A stretch of 64,000 nt of DNA. Origin: a virus. Its lineage: Duplodnaviria > Caudoviricetes. This document shows positions 23,336-34,216 of the stretch, piece by piece. The notes under the pieces were generated by a model, which worked only from the letters and a program-made list of their open reading frames with translations, ran no database searches and had not been told where the DNA came from. The stretch lies in the IMG/VR virus record IMGVR_UViG_3300047551_002158. One strand, written 5' to 3'. The translations under genes were made by a program, and so were the position numbers. Every line of letters starts with the position of its first letter. Position 1 is the stretch's first letter.

Positions 23336-24385
23336 ATGAGTGATTATAAGAAAACAGCACTTGTTCTTGGTGCTGGTGGTTTTATTGGAAACCATATGGT
23401 AAAAAGACTGAGAGCAGAAGGTTACTGGGTTCGTGGTGTAGATCTTAAGCGTCCAGAGTTCTCTGAAACTGAAGCAAATGAGTTCATTCAGGGAGACCTG
23501 AGAGACATGAACTTTGTTGAAAGGGTGATTCGGTTTAAGGGGTATCTTGGAAACTTCTACCATTTTGTAGCATCACAGTATCTCCAACCCTTTGATGAAA
23601 TCTATCAGTTCGCTGCAGATATGGGTGGTGCTGGTTTTGTTTTTACCGGCGAAAATGATGCCGATATTATGCATAATTCTGTTACTATCAATCTTAATGT
23701 CCTTGAAGCACAAAGACAACTTAACGATCTCAAAGGTGTAAATAAAACCAAAATTTTCTATTCTGGATCAGCGTGTATGTATCCAGAGCATAATCAATTA
23801 GATCCAGACAATCCAGATTGTCGTGAAGAGTCTGCTTATCCTGCTAATCCAGATTCTGAATATGGTTGGGAAAAACTCTTCTCAGAACGTCTCTATTTTG
23901 CCTATCATAGGAATTATGGTATTTCTGTTAGGGTTGCTCGCTATCACAATATCTTTGGACCAGAAGGAACTTGGGAAGGTGGAAGAGAGAAGGCACCTGC
24001 GGCAATTTGCCGTAAAGTTGCTTACCTTCCAGAGGAAGGTGGAACCATCGAGGTGTGGGGAGATGGTCTACAAACTCGTTCCTTCTTGTATATTGATGAA
24101 TGTATCGAAGCAACCCGCAGAATGATGGAATCCAACTTTATTGGACCCGTGAATATTGGTTCAGAAGAAATGGTTAGTATCAATCAACTTGTAGATACTG
24201 CCGCAAGAGTTGCTGGTAAAATAGTAGAGAAGCAACATATTCTTGATGCTCCTCTTGGCGTTCGTGGTCGTAATTCTAATAACGATTTAATTCGTGAAAA
24301 ACTTGGATGGGATTATTCACAAACTCTTGAAGAAGGAATTCGTAAGACTTACAATTGGATTTCTGAACAAATTAAAAAGAAATGA
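23336..24385 (+). CDS. NAD-dependent epimerase, GDP-mannose 3',5'-epimerase-like
   Basis: GAGGFIG, QFAADMGGAGF, YGWEKLFSE, REKAPAAICRKVA, WGDGLQTRSF. Confidence 0.85.
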   Translation: MSDYKKTALVLGAGGFIGNHMVKRLRAEGYWVRGVDLKRPEFSETEANEFIQGDLRDMNFVERVIRFKGYLGNFYHFVASQYLQPFDEIYQFAADMGGAGFVFTGENDADIMHNSVTINLNVLEAQRQLNDLKGVNKTKIFYSGSACMYPEHNQLDPDNPDCREESAYPANPDSEYGWEKLFSERLYFAYHRNYGISVRVARYHNIFGPEGTWEGGREKAPAAICRKVAYLPEEGGTIEVWGDGLQTRSFLYIDECIEATRRMMESNFIGPVNIGSEEMVSINQLVDTAARVAGKIVEKQHILDAPLGVRGRNSNNDLIREKLGWDYSQTLEEGIRKTYNWISEQIKKK

Positions 24386-25242
24386 AAATAACTATTCTTG
24401 GATCTGGTGGTCAGATTGGTGCTTATCTCACAGACTACCTAAAAACTAAAGGTCACGATGTAATTGAGTTTGATGTTGTAAATGGAGAAGAACAGGATCT
24501 CAGAAAGATTCCTAACTATAAACTTGAAGATGACATCAAGGCATCTGACTTCGTTTTCTTTCTTGCATTTGATGTAGGTGGTTCTCGTTATCTCAAGAAG
24601 TATCAACACACTTTTGATTTCATTGATAACAACACCAGAATTATGGCGAATGTGTTTGGATACTTGAAAGAATATCGCAAACCATTTATCTTTGCCTCAT
24701 CACAGATGAGTAATATGAGTTACTCTCCATATGGTGTTATGAAAAGAGTTGGTGAGATGTACACCCAAAATCTTGGTGGGTTGATTGTTAAGTTTTGGAA
24801 TGTTTATGGTATAGAAAAAGACCACGAAAAATCTCACGTAATTACAGACTTCATTCGTAAAGGATTTGAAGAAGGTGAGTTTGAAATGATGACAGATGGT
24901 ACTGAAGAGAGACAATTCTTATATGCTCAAGATTGTTGCGAAGGACTAGAAACTATAATGAATTATTATGGAGATTTTAAGTCAACAGACCCACTTCATA
25001 TCACTTCATTTAGATCCGAATCTATTAAGACGGTTGCTCAAATTATTCAAGGACAATTTAATTTGATAGGTAAGTATGATGTGAAAATTAAACCAGGTAT
25101 CGCAAAAGATAGCGTACAGATGGATAAAAGAAATGAAGCAGATAATTACATTCAAGGTTGGTGGCTACCAAAAACAAATTTAGAAACTGGTATTGGAAAA
25201 GTATTTGTGGAAATGAAAAAGGAGTATGGTTACAATGACTGA
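24382..25242 (+). CDS. NAD-dependent epimerase/dehydratase
   Basis: GSGGQIG and YGVMK motifs. Confidence 0.85.
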   Translation: MKITILGSGGQIGAYLTDYLKTKGHDVIEFDVVNGEEQDLRKIPNYKLEDDIKASDFVFFLAFDVGGSRYLKKYQHTFDFIDNNTRIMANVFGYLKEYRKPFIFASSQMSNMSYSPYGVMKRVGEMYTQNLGGLIVKFWNVYGIEKDHEKSHVITDFIRKGFEEGEFEMMTDGTEERQFLYAQDCCEGLETIMNYYGDFKSTDPLHITSFRSESIKTVAQIIQGQFNLIGKYDVKIKPGIAKDSVQMDKRNEADNYIQGWWLPKTNLETGIGKVFVEMKKEYGYND

Positions 25243-25993
25243 TATGAAAGCACTGAAAAATTTTATTGATGAACCCCACTGTGATTTGGGTTCTAATGCA
25301 TGGATTCTTGCTGAACTTGTTAAGAAGTATAAGAATGCAAGGTTTATTGATCTCGGGGTAAGACTTGGAGCTTCTTCGGCAATACTATCCATTGATGCGG
25401 AAAAGAATAACAATCAGGTTTGTGGTTGTGATTTGATGTTCACTGGGTTTCAAAATTATGGAGCAAAGTTTGTAAATGAAAATTATATCTGCTATATGGC
25501 AGATAGTGTGACTCTTGGAAAGAATTGGGACGAAGATCCTTTTGATATTATTTTTGTAGATACTATTCATACTAGAGAACAAGTTCTAGCAGAACTTTAT
25601 TTCTGGAGTAATCATATCAAGGAAGGTGGATATTTTATTTTCCACGATTCGCATTGGGAAGGTCCTGGTGATGTTATTGGCGGAAAGCAGTGGGAACGTA
25701 TTGATGTTGCCGTCACCGATTTCTTTGGTCTTCCCAAGAGTGTCCGTGAAATGGATCAGTATGAAGATGAAAACATTCGTCTTGAGCACTATACTCCAAG
25801 TTATGGAATGACTTTTGTTCAAATCAAATCTCTTGATGCTATTAAAAAATTCAAGAGCAACGTAGATTGGAAAAAGGTTTTTGAAATTCGTAATTGGTTG
25901 AATGACCTTCACTTCAATAGAAGCAATTTAAACTTTGTTGATTGGAATCAGGATATTGAAAACATTGAGAACGAATTAGTAATTGAACCATGA
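25226..25993 (+). CDS. class I SAM-dependent methyltransferase
   Basis: IDLGVRLGAS, IFVDTIH, GGYFIFHDS. Confidence 0.8.
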   Translation: MVTMTDMKALKNFIDEPHCDLGSNAWILAELVKKYKNARFIDLGVRLGASSAILSIDAEKNNNQVCGCDLMFTGFQNYGAKFVNENYICYMADSVTLGKNWDEDPFDIIFVDTIHTREQVLAELYFWSNHIKEGGYFIFHDSHWEGPGDVIGGKQWERIDVAVTDFFGLPKSVREMDQYEDENIRLEHYTPSYGMTFVQIKSLDAIKKFKSNVDWKKVFEIRNWLNDLHFNRSNLNFVDWNQDIENIENELVIEP

Positions 25994-26811
25994 CTTGTTC
26001 AGTATCGCATTGGAGTGGAAGACTTGGGAATAATATTCAGCAAGTCGCTAATTGTATAATGAGAGCAGAACTCACTGGTGATGCTTTCTATCAAAAATTA
26101 AGTCACGAAGTTATCAAAAAGTTTGTTCTTAATTTTGGTAGAGAAGAATCTTCAGAAGAGTATGAAGGTAGATTTTATTCTTGGGAACCACTTGTGCATT
26201 GTGAAAGGGGAATATATGAAGGTGGAAATGAAATTGGTGTAGATAAGAAATACGTCTACGAAAATATGAGACGTGTCTGTAGAAATTACATTATTCCTCA
26301 TTTAGATGTTGTTGAACGGGATGTGATTGGAGACGATACTATTGTTATGCATCTCAGGAGTGGTGATAACTATCATCGAGTATTTGATCCTCCCACCAAT
26401 TACATTCCCAATCCTCTAATTTATTATCTTAACTTGATTGATTCTTTTGATAAGTGTATTCTGGTGACAGAACCTGATAGGGAGAATCCAATAGTTCACG
26501 AGTTAATGAAGAATGATAAAGTCCAGATTCAATCTTTGGATGTAAAGTCCGACTTCTCAACGCTTCTATCTGCAAAGAATCTTGCTTTATCTGGTGTTGG
26601 AACTTTCGCTATGGCAGCAGCATTGTGCTCAAAAAATATTCAAAATCTTTTTACTACAGATTTGCTATTGACTGAGCACCTAAATTATAGTATGCTATTC
26701 AATACAGATGTCAATGTGCATGTGATGGAATTGGAAAACTATCTTTCCGTTTTTCCGTGCAGTTGGAAAAATACAGAAGAGCAAAGAAAGTTTATTTTAG
26801 AGTATAGATGA
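25990..26811 (+). CDS. GT11-like glycosyltransferase (diverged)
   Basis: GRLGNNIQQ and MHLRSGD motifs. Confidence 0.65.
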   Translation: MTCSVSHWSGRLGNNIQQVANCIMRAELTGDAFYQKLSHEVIKKFVLNFGREESSEEYEGRFYSWEPLVHCERGIYEGGNEIGVDKKYVYENMRRVCRNYIIPHLDVVERDVIGDDTIVMHLRSGDNYHRVFDPPTNYIPNPLIYYLNLIDSFDKCILVTEPDRENPIVHELMKNDKVQIQSLDVKSDFSTLLSAKNLALSGVGTFAMAAALCSKNIQNLFTTDLLLTEHLNYSMLFNTDVNVHVMELENYLSVFPCSWKNTEEQRKFILEYR

Positions 26812-27797
26812 AAATTTTTGTAACCGGATGTGCTGGCTTGTTGGGTGCAAACTACACTAGACACTTACTTTCTAATGGTCATCAAGTAATTGGAATTGAT
26901 GATTTATCTGGCGGATATAAAGCCTTTGTACCAAAAGCAGAAAACTTTATCTTTGTCAAATTTGATTTGGAAAGGAGAAAAAAAGTAGTAGAACTTTTTG
27001 AAGAACATAAACCCGATGTTCTTCTTCATTTTGCTGCTTATGCTGCAGAAGGACTCTCTCCTTTTATTCGTAACTTTAACTATAGAAATAATCTCATTTG
27101 TTCAGCAAATCTGATTAATGAATGTATCACTCACGATACTAAGTTTATTTTTACATCAAGTATGGCAGTCTATGGGGAGCAAGAACCTCCCTTCACTGAG
27201 GACAAGCGACCTCAACCAATTGATCCATATGGTATTGCTAAGTATGCTGTTGAGTGTGATCTAAAACTTGCTAATGATCAATTTGGTCTGAGATATAATA
27301 TTGTTAGACCTCACAATGTTCTTGGAATTTATCAAAATATTTGGGATAAGTATAGAAACGTTATCGGTATTTTCATTCGTAAGACTTTGAATGGTGAACC
27401 AATTTTAGTTTATGGTGATGGTGAGCAAACTCGTGCTTTCTCAGATATCAAATATTATATGAAACCGTTTGATAAACTCTTAACTGATTATGATGGAGAG
27501 ACATTTAATATTGGAGCTGACAAATATTTTACTTTGAATGAAGTTGCGGAAGCAGTTCAAAGAATTGGTAAAAAATATGGTTATGATGTTCCAATTCAAC
27601 ACAGTGAACCAAGGCACGAAGTTAAACACGCATATTGCGATCATACAAAAGCAAAAACTATGATAGACTTTAAAGATGAAACTAATCTTGAAGAGTTAAT
27701 TGACAGTATGTTTGTTTGGGCAATGAAGCAGCCAAACAGAAAAGTAAAGAAAATGGAATATGAAGTTACAAAAGACATCTACGATTATTGGAGGTAA
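26808..27797 (+). CDS. NAD-dependent epimerase (UDP-glucose 4-epimerase-like)
   Basis: GCAGLLG, TSSMAVYG, YGIAK, GDGEQTRAF. Confidence 0.88.
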   Translation: MKIFVTGCAGLLGANYTRHLLSNGHQVIGIDDLSGGYKAFVPKAENFIFVKFDLERRKKVVELFEEHKPDVLLHFAAYAAEGLSPFIRNFNYRNNLICSANLINECITHDTKFIFTSSMAVYGEQEPPFTEDKRPQPIDPYGIAKYAVECDLKLANDQFGLRYNIVRPHNVLGIYQNIWDKYRNVIGIFIRKTLNGEPILVYGDGEQTRAFSDIKYYMKPFDKLLTDYDGETFNIGADKYFTLNEVAEAVQRIGKKYGYDVPIQHSEPRHEVKHAYCDHTKAKTMIDFKDETNLEELIDSMFVWAMKQPNRKVKKMEYEVTKDIYDYWR

Positions 27798-27939
27798 TTT
27801 ATGAATTTATTAGAAAAAAGGGCAATTGTTGATGAAATGATCCGATGTCAGGAAAAACCTTGTCCTGATGGTATGTGCCAAGTGCTGTCTATTGGAAAAA
27901 AACCAAATAAAAAATTTTAAAATATATTGGACTTGACAT

Positions 27940-28566
27940 ATGCTATTAAGTTTTAATTCTTTAATCAAACAGTATCATATAAACATCACTGGAGTTATTC
28001 ATGTTGGTGGGCATATTGGAGATGAACTTCATGAGTATAAAATAAATGGGGTAGAAAATATTATTATTTTTGAACCTCAATCTCATTGTTTTGAAAAACT
28101 TTCTATAAAGGCAAGGGAAGTTGACTTACCTGCCAAACTTGTTAATAAAGCACTTGGTAACAAAAATGGTAGGATTGATATGACTTCAGATCCTACTGGT
28201 TTATGTGGTTCCATTCTTAAACCTAAACTTCATTTGGAGTTATCTCCAGATGTTCTTTTTTCCGAAACTTTAAATGTAGAAATATCTAAACTTGATGATG
28301 AAATTCCAGAGAATCATACTTATAATTTTCTGAATATGGATACTCAGGGATATGAATTGGAAGTTTTAAAAGGAGGAGTAAAAACTTTAGAAAAAATTGA
28401 TTACATTTATACCGAAGTTAATCAAGCAGAAGTTTATGAAAATAATGCTATGATTGGGGAACTTGATGAATTTTTAAATGATTATGATATGGAAAGAGTT
28501 GCTACTGGTTGGCATGGATCTCAAACTTGGGGAGATGCTCTTTATATTAAAAGAGGTTTAGTTTGA
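27940..28566 (+). CDS. FkbM-family methyltransferase
   Basis: IHVGGHIG, IFEPQ, NMDTQGYELEVLKG. Confidence 0.88.
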   Translation: MLLSFNSLIKQYHINITGVIHVGGHIGDELHEYKINGVENIIIFEPQSHCFEKLSIKAREVDLPAKLVNKALGNKNGRIDMTSDPTGLCGSILKPKLHLELSPDVLFSETLNVEISKLDDEIPENHTYNFLNMDTQGYELEVLKGGVKTLEKIDYIYTEVNQAEVYENNAMIGELDEFLNDYDMERVATGWHGSQTWGDALYIKRGLV

Positions 28567-29423
28567 TGAGAGTATTTGATTCTTTTATTTTTTTCAATGA
28601 ACTCGAACTGTTAGAGATGAGACTCAACATTCTTAATGATGTTGTGGATTATTTTGTTTTAACAGAATCTCCTTTTACAGTTAGTGGAAATGAAAAACCA
28701 TTATATTATCAAGAAAACAAAGATAGATTTTCTAAATGGAATGATAAAATAGTTCATTACGTGACTGAAGAAATTCCTAATGATTTTAGTCATATGTTGG
28801 ATAAAACCAAGTATCACGTTGCATATAGTGATGTTGATCCCTATGGGACTAAGTTCATAGATCTTCCAATACGTTTCCAGAGGGCTTTGTACAATAGGAA
28901 CAACAGTGCTTTTGGAATAGAAAAGGCAGGAGCAACTGATGAGGATTTAATTATCACAAGTGATGCCGATGAAATTATCAATCCATATGTTATAGAAGAT
29001 CTTTCTTGGTTTGATTTAAATAATCATTATCTTGCAGTTTGTAATGCCTATTATTATAAACTAAATTTTCTATATCAAGATGATTGGATGGGTTCAAGAC
29101 TTTGTACTTGGAAGCATTTAAAAAACACTACAATTGATCAACTTCGACAAGATCATTCCAATGCATATAGAATTGAGAATGCTGGGTGGCACTTTAGTTT
29201 CCTTGGCAATGCTGAGAATTTTAAACTAAAACTAGCGTCTTATGAGCACACTGAAAATAACACAGCAGAAGTTTTGTCTAATGTTGAGGAAAAAGTTGAG
29301 AATGGTCTTGACCCCCTTAATAGAGGAATGACTTACAGAGCAGTTCCTATTGATGATACCTATCCAGAATACATTCAAAATAATCAAGAAAAATACTCAG
29401 AGTTTATTAAAAAATGGAATTGA
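28566..29423 (+). CDS. GT17-like glycosyltransferase
   Basis: FFNELELLEMRL, SDADEI, GWHFSF. Confidence 0.82.
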   Translation: MRVFDSFIFFNELELLEMRLNILNDVVDYFVLTESPFTVSGNEKPLYYQENKDRFSKWNDKIVHYVTEEIPNDFSHMLDKTKYHVAYSDVDPYGTKFIDLPIRFQRALYNRNNSAFGIEKAGATDEDLIITSDADEIINPYVIEDLSWFDLNNHYLAVCNAYYYKLNFLYQDDWMGSRLCTWKHLKNTTIDQLRQDHSNAYRIENAGWHFSFLGNAENFKLKLASYEHTENNTAEVLSNVEEKVENGLDPLNRGMTYRAVPIDDTYPEYIQNNQEKYSEFIKKWN

Positions 29424-30343
29424 TTGAAGGAGTGGCATTATCTAAGTTGTGTGATTATTCTTTTGGTGATCAATCTGGGAAGTGGGGTAATATCTACACT
29501 TCCTTTATGAAAGAAGCGAATTTAACTAATACTGAGTTTGTGAGCAAGTTATTTGATATAAAGAAAAGTCGTAATTATATGACTTTGTTTATTGATAATA
29601 TTCGTTTATATAAAAGAACTATTGTTGAAGTAAGTGAAAATGATAAAGAGTATATAAACTCCCTTCACCGAAAAAATGATTTACTACACCTCTGTTCTTG
29701 TTTCCCAGATATGAAGTTTATTATCTTCACCAATCTTGAGGATACACCTATAGATGATTATATTTTTGATTTGATCCCTGATAATGTAGTTTGCATATCT
29801 GCTGTTAATGCTGTTTCTTTTGGTGGAAAGGTAACTCCTGCTCCTTATGGAGTGCAGAGAAGAATGTCTTCATCGGATAAAAGAATTGAAGATTTGAAAT
29901 CCTATATGAAAAATCTTCTACAAAATCCTTCGGGACTTTTGTATGTAAGTCATAACGAAAGTTCTCATTCTGAGAGAATGGGAATAAAAGATTTTTTCAA
30001 TGGAAAGGATTGGGTTGAGGTTCACGATAAGAGAGTTACTTACTCAGTATTTCTTTACAATCTAAGTCAATCTAAGTTTATGATTTGTCCTAGAGGAAAT
30101 GCTATAGATTGCCACCGAAACTGGGAAGTTCTTTATATGAGAAGAGTTCCCATTATGAAAAATCATCCATACCTACTTGAGTTGTACAAAGACTATCCTG
30201 TTCTATTTGTTGATGAATATTCTGAAGTTACCAAAGAACTTTTAATTGAGAGTGATTATCTGTTTCAACAAGCTCAGACTATGGATTTAAGTGGACTTGA
30301 TTTGAACACCTTTTTCGACAAAACATTGGAGAGTTGTTTATGA
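29414..30343 (+). CDS. exostosin/GT47-like glycosyltransferase
   Basis: FMICPRGNAIDCHRNWEVLY...PI motif. Confidence 0.72.
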   Translation: MELIEGVALSKLCDYSFGDQSGKWGNIYTSFMKEANLTNTEFVSKLFDIKKSRNYMTLFIDNIRLYKRTIVEVSENDKEYINSLHRKNDLLHLCSCFPDMKFIIFTNLEDTPIDDYIFDLIPDNVVCISAVNAVSFGGKVTPAPYGVQRRMSSSDKRIEDLKSYMKNLLQNPSGLLYVSHNESSHSERMGIKDFFNGKDWVEVHDKRVTYSVFLYNLSQSKFMICPRGNAIDCHRNWEVLYMRRVPIMKNHPYLLELYKDYPVLFVDEYSEVTKELLIESDYLFQQAQTMDLSGLDLNTFFDKTLESCL

Positions 30344-31074
30344 ATTTTTTATGCATTTCCAATTACAATAATGATTTAAGTTGGTTATCTGATTATCCAA
30401 ACCCACATTTAATATATGATAAGACTTGGGCAGGTGGAGTAACTGATAATGATAACTCTGGTCTTATTCCACCTTCCAATTTAAAAGAAAGATATCCAAA
30501 TTATAACATCACTAATGGTGATCCTAATGGATATAATATTAGTGATTATATGACTTTTATTATTGACCATTATGATAATCTTCCCGACGTAGTTTGTTTT
30601 GTCAAAGGAAACACTATTGGCAGACACGTAAGTAAAGAAGTCTTTGATAGATTAATCAACAATAAATGCTTTACTCCTATTGAGGATTGGAAGTCTCACG
30701 ATCCAAATCAGCAGGCATTATTGAATGGATATGCAATGATATCTTGTGATGGTGGTTGGATGGAAACAAATGATAGTTGGTATTTGAATCATCCCAAACA
30801 TCCAACAAAGTATTTTCAAAACTATAACGACTTTCTTAGATTTTGTTTTAAAGATCCTGTACTTCCAAAGTATGTAAGATTTCCACCTGGTGGAAATTTT
30901 GTTGTGCCAAAAGAATATATCTTAAAGTATGATAAAATTTTTTATCAAAATCTAAGAACATTTACTAGACACACAAGAGTTTCTGGTGAGGGTCAGATGA
31001 TAGAAAGAGCATTGTTTACGATTTGGATTGCCAATTTTGAAGTGGCAGATACTATGAGGGAATTGGTATGCTAG
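30340..31074 (+). CDS. DUF3431-like putative glycosyltransferase
   Basis: YMTFIIDHYDNLPD, GGNFVVPKE and ERALFTIW motifs. Confidence 0.7.
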   Translation: MNFLCISNYNNDLSWLSDYPNPHLIYDKTWAGGVTDNDNSGLIPPSNLKERYPNYNITNGDPNGYNISDYMTFIIDHYDNLPDVVCFVKGNTIGRHVSKEVFDRLINNKCFTPIEDWKSHDPNQQALLNGYAMISCDGGWMETNDSWYLNHPKHPTKYFQNYNDFLRFCFKDPVLPKYVRFPPGGNFVVPKEYILKYDKIFYQNLRTFTRHTRVSGEGQMIERALFTIWIANFEVADTMRELVC

Positions 31075-31958
31075 CAACTGAATTTATTCACGGTCAAGGA
31101 TTGGGAAACCAATTATTTTGTTATGTAACAATTAGAATGTTGGCACATAAACTTGGATATGATTTTGGTATTGGTGGACTTAGAAATGCTGGAGATTCTA
31201 GAGTAAACAAAAAAGGTTTTTACTTTATGAATCTGGATTATGGTAAAGAAGTTCCTGATGGGTTAACAAGGTACGATGAATATCGTCACGGTGCTTTTAC
31301 TGATTCTTGGATTAGAACTGATATAAGACTCACTGATAGAAATCTTTTTTCTATATCAGATAATACTATTATCTATGGAAACCTTCAATCTGAAGAATAT
31401 TTTTGCAACAGACTTGATCTTGTTAAGGACTGGTTGAAAGTTGGGCAAGAGTATGAGCATATGGATACCAACGGAAAAAATATCTGTATTATGAATTTCC
31501 GTGGCGGTGATATGGTTGGAAATGCTGGTGGATTTGTTCCACGATCATATTGGTTAAAGGCAATTGATAATATGCTTCAGTACAATCCAAATATGGAGTT
31601 TTGTATTGTAACTGATGATGTTAAAACAGCAAATGTAATGCTTCCCGAATATCCAGCCTATCACGAAGATGTTGCTTGGGATTATGTTGCGATTAAAAAT
31701 GCTAGAAATGTAATTTGCTCAACTTCAACCTTTGCTTGTTTTCCTCTTTGGACTAGTGAAACATTGGAGTATTGTATTGCTCCTAAGTATTGGTTTCATC
31801 ATAACTTATCTCCGGGATGGTGGAGTCTTGGATGTAGCATATATAGTTTTCCCACTCACTATATGGATAGAGATGGGAAACTATTTACACCTGAAGAATG
31901 TGTGATAGAATGGGAAGAGTATAAAAAAACTTCAAACATATATGAAGGCGATTTATGA
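31068..31958 (+). CDS. GT11-like glycosyltransferase
   Basis: GQGLGNQLF, GNLQSEEYF, NFRGGD, STFA. Confidence 0.78.
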   Translation: MLATEFIHGQGLGNQLFCYVTIRMLAHKLGYDFGIGGLRNAGDSRVNKKGFYFMNLDYGKEVPDGLTRYDEYRHGAFTDSWIRTDIRLTDRNLFSISDNTIIYGNLQSEEYFCNRLDLVKDWLKVGQEYEHMDTNGKNICIMNFRGGDMVGNAGGFVPRSYWLKAIDNMLQYNPNMEFCIVTDDVKTANVMLPEYPAYHEDVAWDYVAIKNARNVICSTSTFACFPLWTSETLEYCIAPKYWFHHNLSPGWWSLGCSIYSFPTHYMDRDGKLFTPEECVIEWEEYKKTSNIYEGDL

Positions 31959-32659
31959 TAGAATTACCTGATGTAACATTAGTTTCTATTGATACTACTT
32001 CAAAGTTGGATGGCACTCTTCGTGCTTTATATACTAGTATGAGTGGTATTAAATATGGATCTGTTAAATTAATAACAACCGAAGAGCAGATTGAAAGATA
32101 TCAATCTCAATTAGAAGATGAAGGAATAGTTATAGAAGTTCCTGTATCAGAAATTAAAGACTACAACGATTACAATCATTATGTAATCTACAATCTTGGA
32201 AATCATATAGAAACATCCCACTGTCTACTAGTGCAGCCAGATGGATTTGTTCTCTTTCCAGAAAAGTGGGATAATACTTGGTTGGAATATGATTATATTG
32301 GAGCACCTTGGGCATATGTAGAGGATGCTTATGTTGATCCTTTTGGTAATCATCATCGGGTTGGTAATGGTGGTTTTTCTCTAAGGAGTAAAAAGTTTCT
32401 TGATGTTCCAACAAAGGTAGAAGTTCCTTGGGAGACTAATAATAGTGACTTCTATTGGATGCCAGAAGGTGTTGTGAATTATCACGAAGATGGAAATGTG
32501 TGCGTTCATAATAGACATATTTTTATTGAACAAGGATGTAAATATGCTCCAGTAGAAGTTGCTGTTAGATTTTCACAAGAGACAAGAGTTCCTGAATGTG
32601 AGGGAATAACCCCATTTGGATTTCATTATCGTTTACCCCCAGGACTTGAATTAGAATGA
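31955..32659 (+). CDS. DUF5672-like putative glycosyltransferase
   Basis: LLVQPDG, YDYIGAPW, GNGGFSLRS, FGFH. Confidence 0.75.
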   Translation: MIELPDVTLVSIDTTSKLDGTLRALYTSMSGIKYGSVKLITTEEQIERYQSQLEDEGIVIEVPVSEIKDYNDYNHYVIYNLGNHIETSHCLLVQPDGFVLFPEKWDNTWLEYDYIGAPWAYVEDAYVDPFGNHHRVGNGGFSLRSKKFLDVPTKVEVPWETNNSDFYWMPEGVVNYHEDGNVCVHNRHIFIEQGCKYAPVEVAVRFSQETRVPECEGITPFGFHYRLPPGLELE

Positions 32660-33459
32660 TTGGACATAATCACATAGGAAAAAATGGAAGGTTTGGTAAT
32701 CAAATGTTCCAATATGCGGCAACTAGAGGTATTGCTGCTGCTCGCGGATATGACTTTACTATTCCCGATGGTCCTAGAATTGATGAAGAGTTTTATGATG
32801 AAGAGAAGCAACATAAACTCTTTATGGCATTTAAGATGACTGGTCTTAAAAATATTGGTATGTTAGATGCGGGATATAAACAAGAAAGTTCTTTTAGGTA
32901 TGATGATGAACTGGTGAATACTTGTCCCAACAATGTAAATCTATATGGATATTTTCAGTCGGAAAAGTATTTCGCCCATATAGAAGATGAAATTCGTCAA
33001 GACTTTACTTGGCGTGATGGTGTTAGGAATATGTGCAACGAAATTTTTGATAATATTATCCCAGAAGGCAATGCTATTTCACTACACGTTCGTAGAACAG
33101 ACCATCTTGTAAAGTCTTCTTTCCACCCAGTTCTTCCTTTGAGTTATTATGGGGAAGCATTATCTAAATTTGATAAGTCTCTTCCTGTTCTTGTTTTTTC
33201 TGATGATCCAAAATGGTGTAATGAGCAAGAGTTCTTTGGTGATGATAGATTTCTAATTTCTGAGGGTGGCGATAATATTACTGATATGTGTATGATGAGT
33301 ATGTGCCAGTATCAGATTATTGCAAATTCTACTTTCTCTTGGTGGGGTGCTTGGTTATCTAAGTCTGAAAATGTCATTGCCCCAAAACTATGGTTTGGTC
33401 CTGATGGAGAAGATCCAACTGATATCTATGTTGATCGTTGGGAGTATCTAGATGTCTGA
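32656..33459 (+). CDS. GT11 alpha-1,2-fucosyltransferase-like
   Basis: GRFGNQMFQYA, GYFQSEKYF, LHVRRTD, IANSTFSWWGAWL. Confidence 0.88.
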   Translation: MIGHNHIGKNGRFGNQMFQYAATRGIAAARGYDFTIPDGPRIDEEFYDEEKQHKLFMAFKMTGLKNIGMLDAGYKQESSFRYDDELVNTCPNNVNLYGYFQSEKYFAHIEDEIRQDFTWRDGVRNMCNEIFDNIIPEGNAISLHVRRTDHLVKSSFHPVLPLSYYGEALSKFDKSLPVLVFSDDPKWCNEQEFFGDDRFLISEGGDNITDMCMMSMCQYQIIANSTFSWWGAWLSKSENVIAPKLWFGPDGEDPTDIYVDRWEYLDV

Positions 33460-34216
33460 AATTTCTTTATGTATACCCACCTATGAATACAAAGGTGAAG
33501 GTGTAAAATATCTTGACGAATTATTTAAGTCTCTATCAACACAAACCTTTCAGGATTTTGATATTGTGATATCGGATCATAGTCAAGATCAGTCAATTAT
33601 GAATTACTGTAGAGACACTGAGTATGACTTTGAGATTACTTATATTCAAAACCCAAGTGGTAGAGGATATCAATCAACAAATACCAATTGTGCTTTAGAA
33701 AATGCTGAAAGTAAAATTTTAAAAATCATCTATCAAGATGATGTATTTGTAGATGACCAAGCTTTAGAAAAAATAAAGAATACCTTTGATGAAACAAATT
33801 GTAAGTGGATGTTTCACGGATTTACGCATACAACTGATGGAATAGAAACTCATAGAGATTGTGTTCCCAGATGGACTGATATGATGCTTGAAGGTAGAAA
33901 TTTATTGGGAAGTCCATCTTGTGTTGCGATGCTAAATGAATGTAAACTGTATATGGATGAAAATATAAAACTCCTAATTGATACCGAGTTGTATCATAGA
34001 ATGCGGATGGAGCACGGAGCACCTGAAATAATTTCTGATATCTTAATCGCAAATAGAGAGCATTCTGGAAGAACAAGTTCCAGCGGTATTAACTATGACG
34101 CTCAAATAGATCATCCTGAAGGTGGGTGGTTAGTTAATAGATCTGAACTGGAATATATTGAAGCAAAACATAAAACCTTTTGTAAGGGTGGGAGAAAATA
34201 TCCAGATGAAAATTGA
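33452..34216 (+). CDS. GT2-family glycosyltransferase
   Basis: CIPTY, VISDHS, YQDDVF. Confidence 0.82.
   Translation: MSEISLCIPTYEYKGEGVKYLDELFKSLSTQTFQDFDIVISDHSQDQSIMNYCRDTEYDFEITYIQNPSGRGYQSTNTNCALENAESKILKIIYQDDVFVDDQALEKIKNTFDETNCKWMFHGFTHTTDGIETHRDCVPRWTDMMLEGRNLLGSPSCVAMLNECKLYMDENIKLLIDTELYHRMRMEHGAPEIISDILIANREHSGRTSSSGINYDAQIDHPEGGWLVNRSELEYIEAKHKTFCKGGRKYPDEN

Noticed and set aside
27801-27920. 39-aa ORF with GGAGG RBS inside the glycan island
   Set aside because: No recognisable motif; it may be a deletion remnant, but nothing in the window supports a function or pseudogene call.
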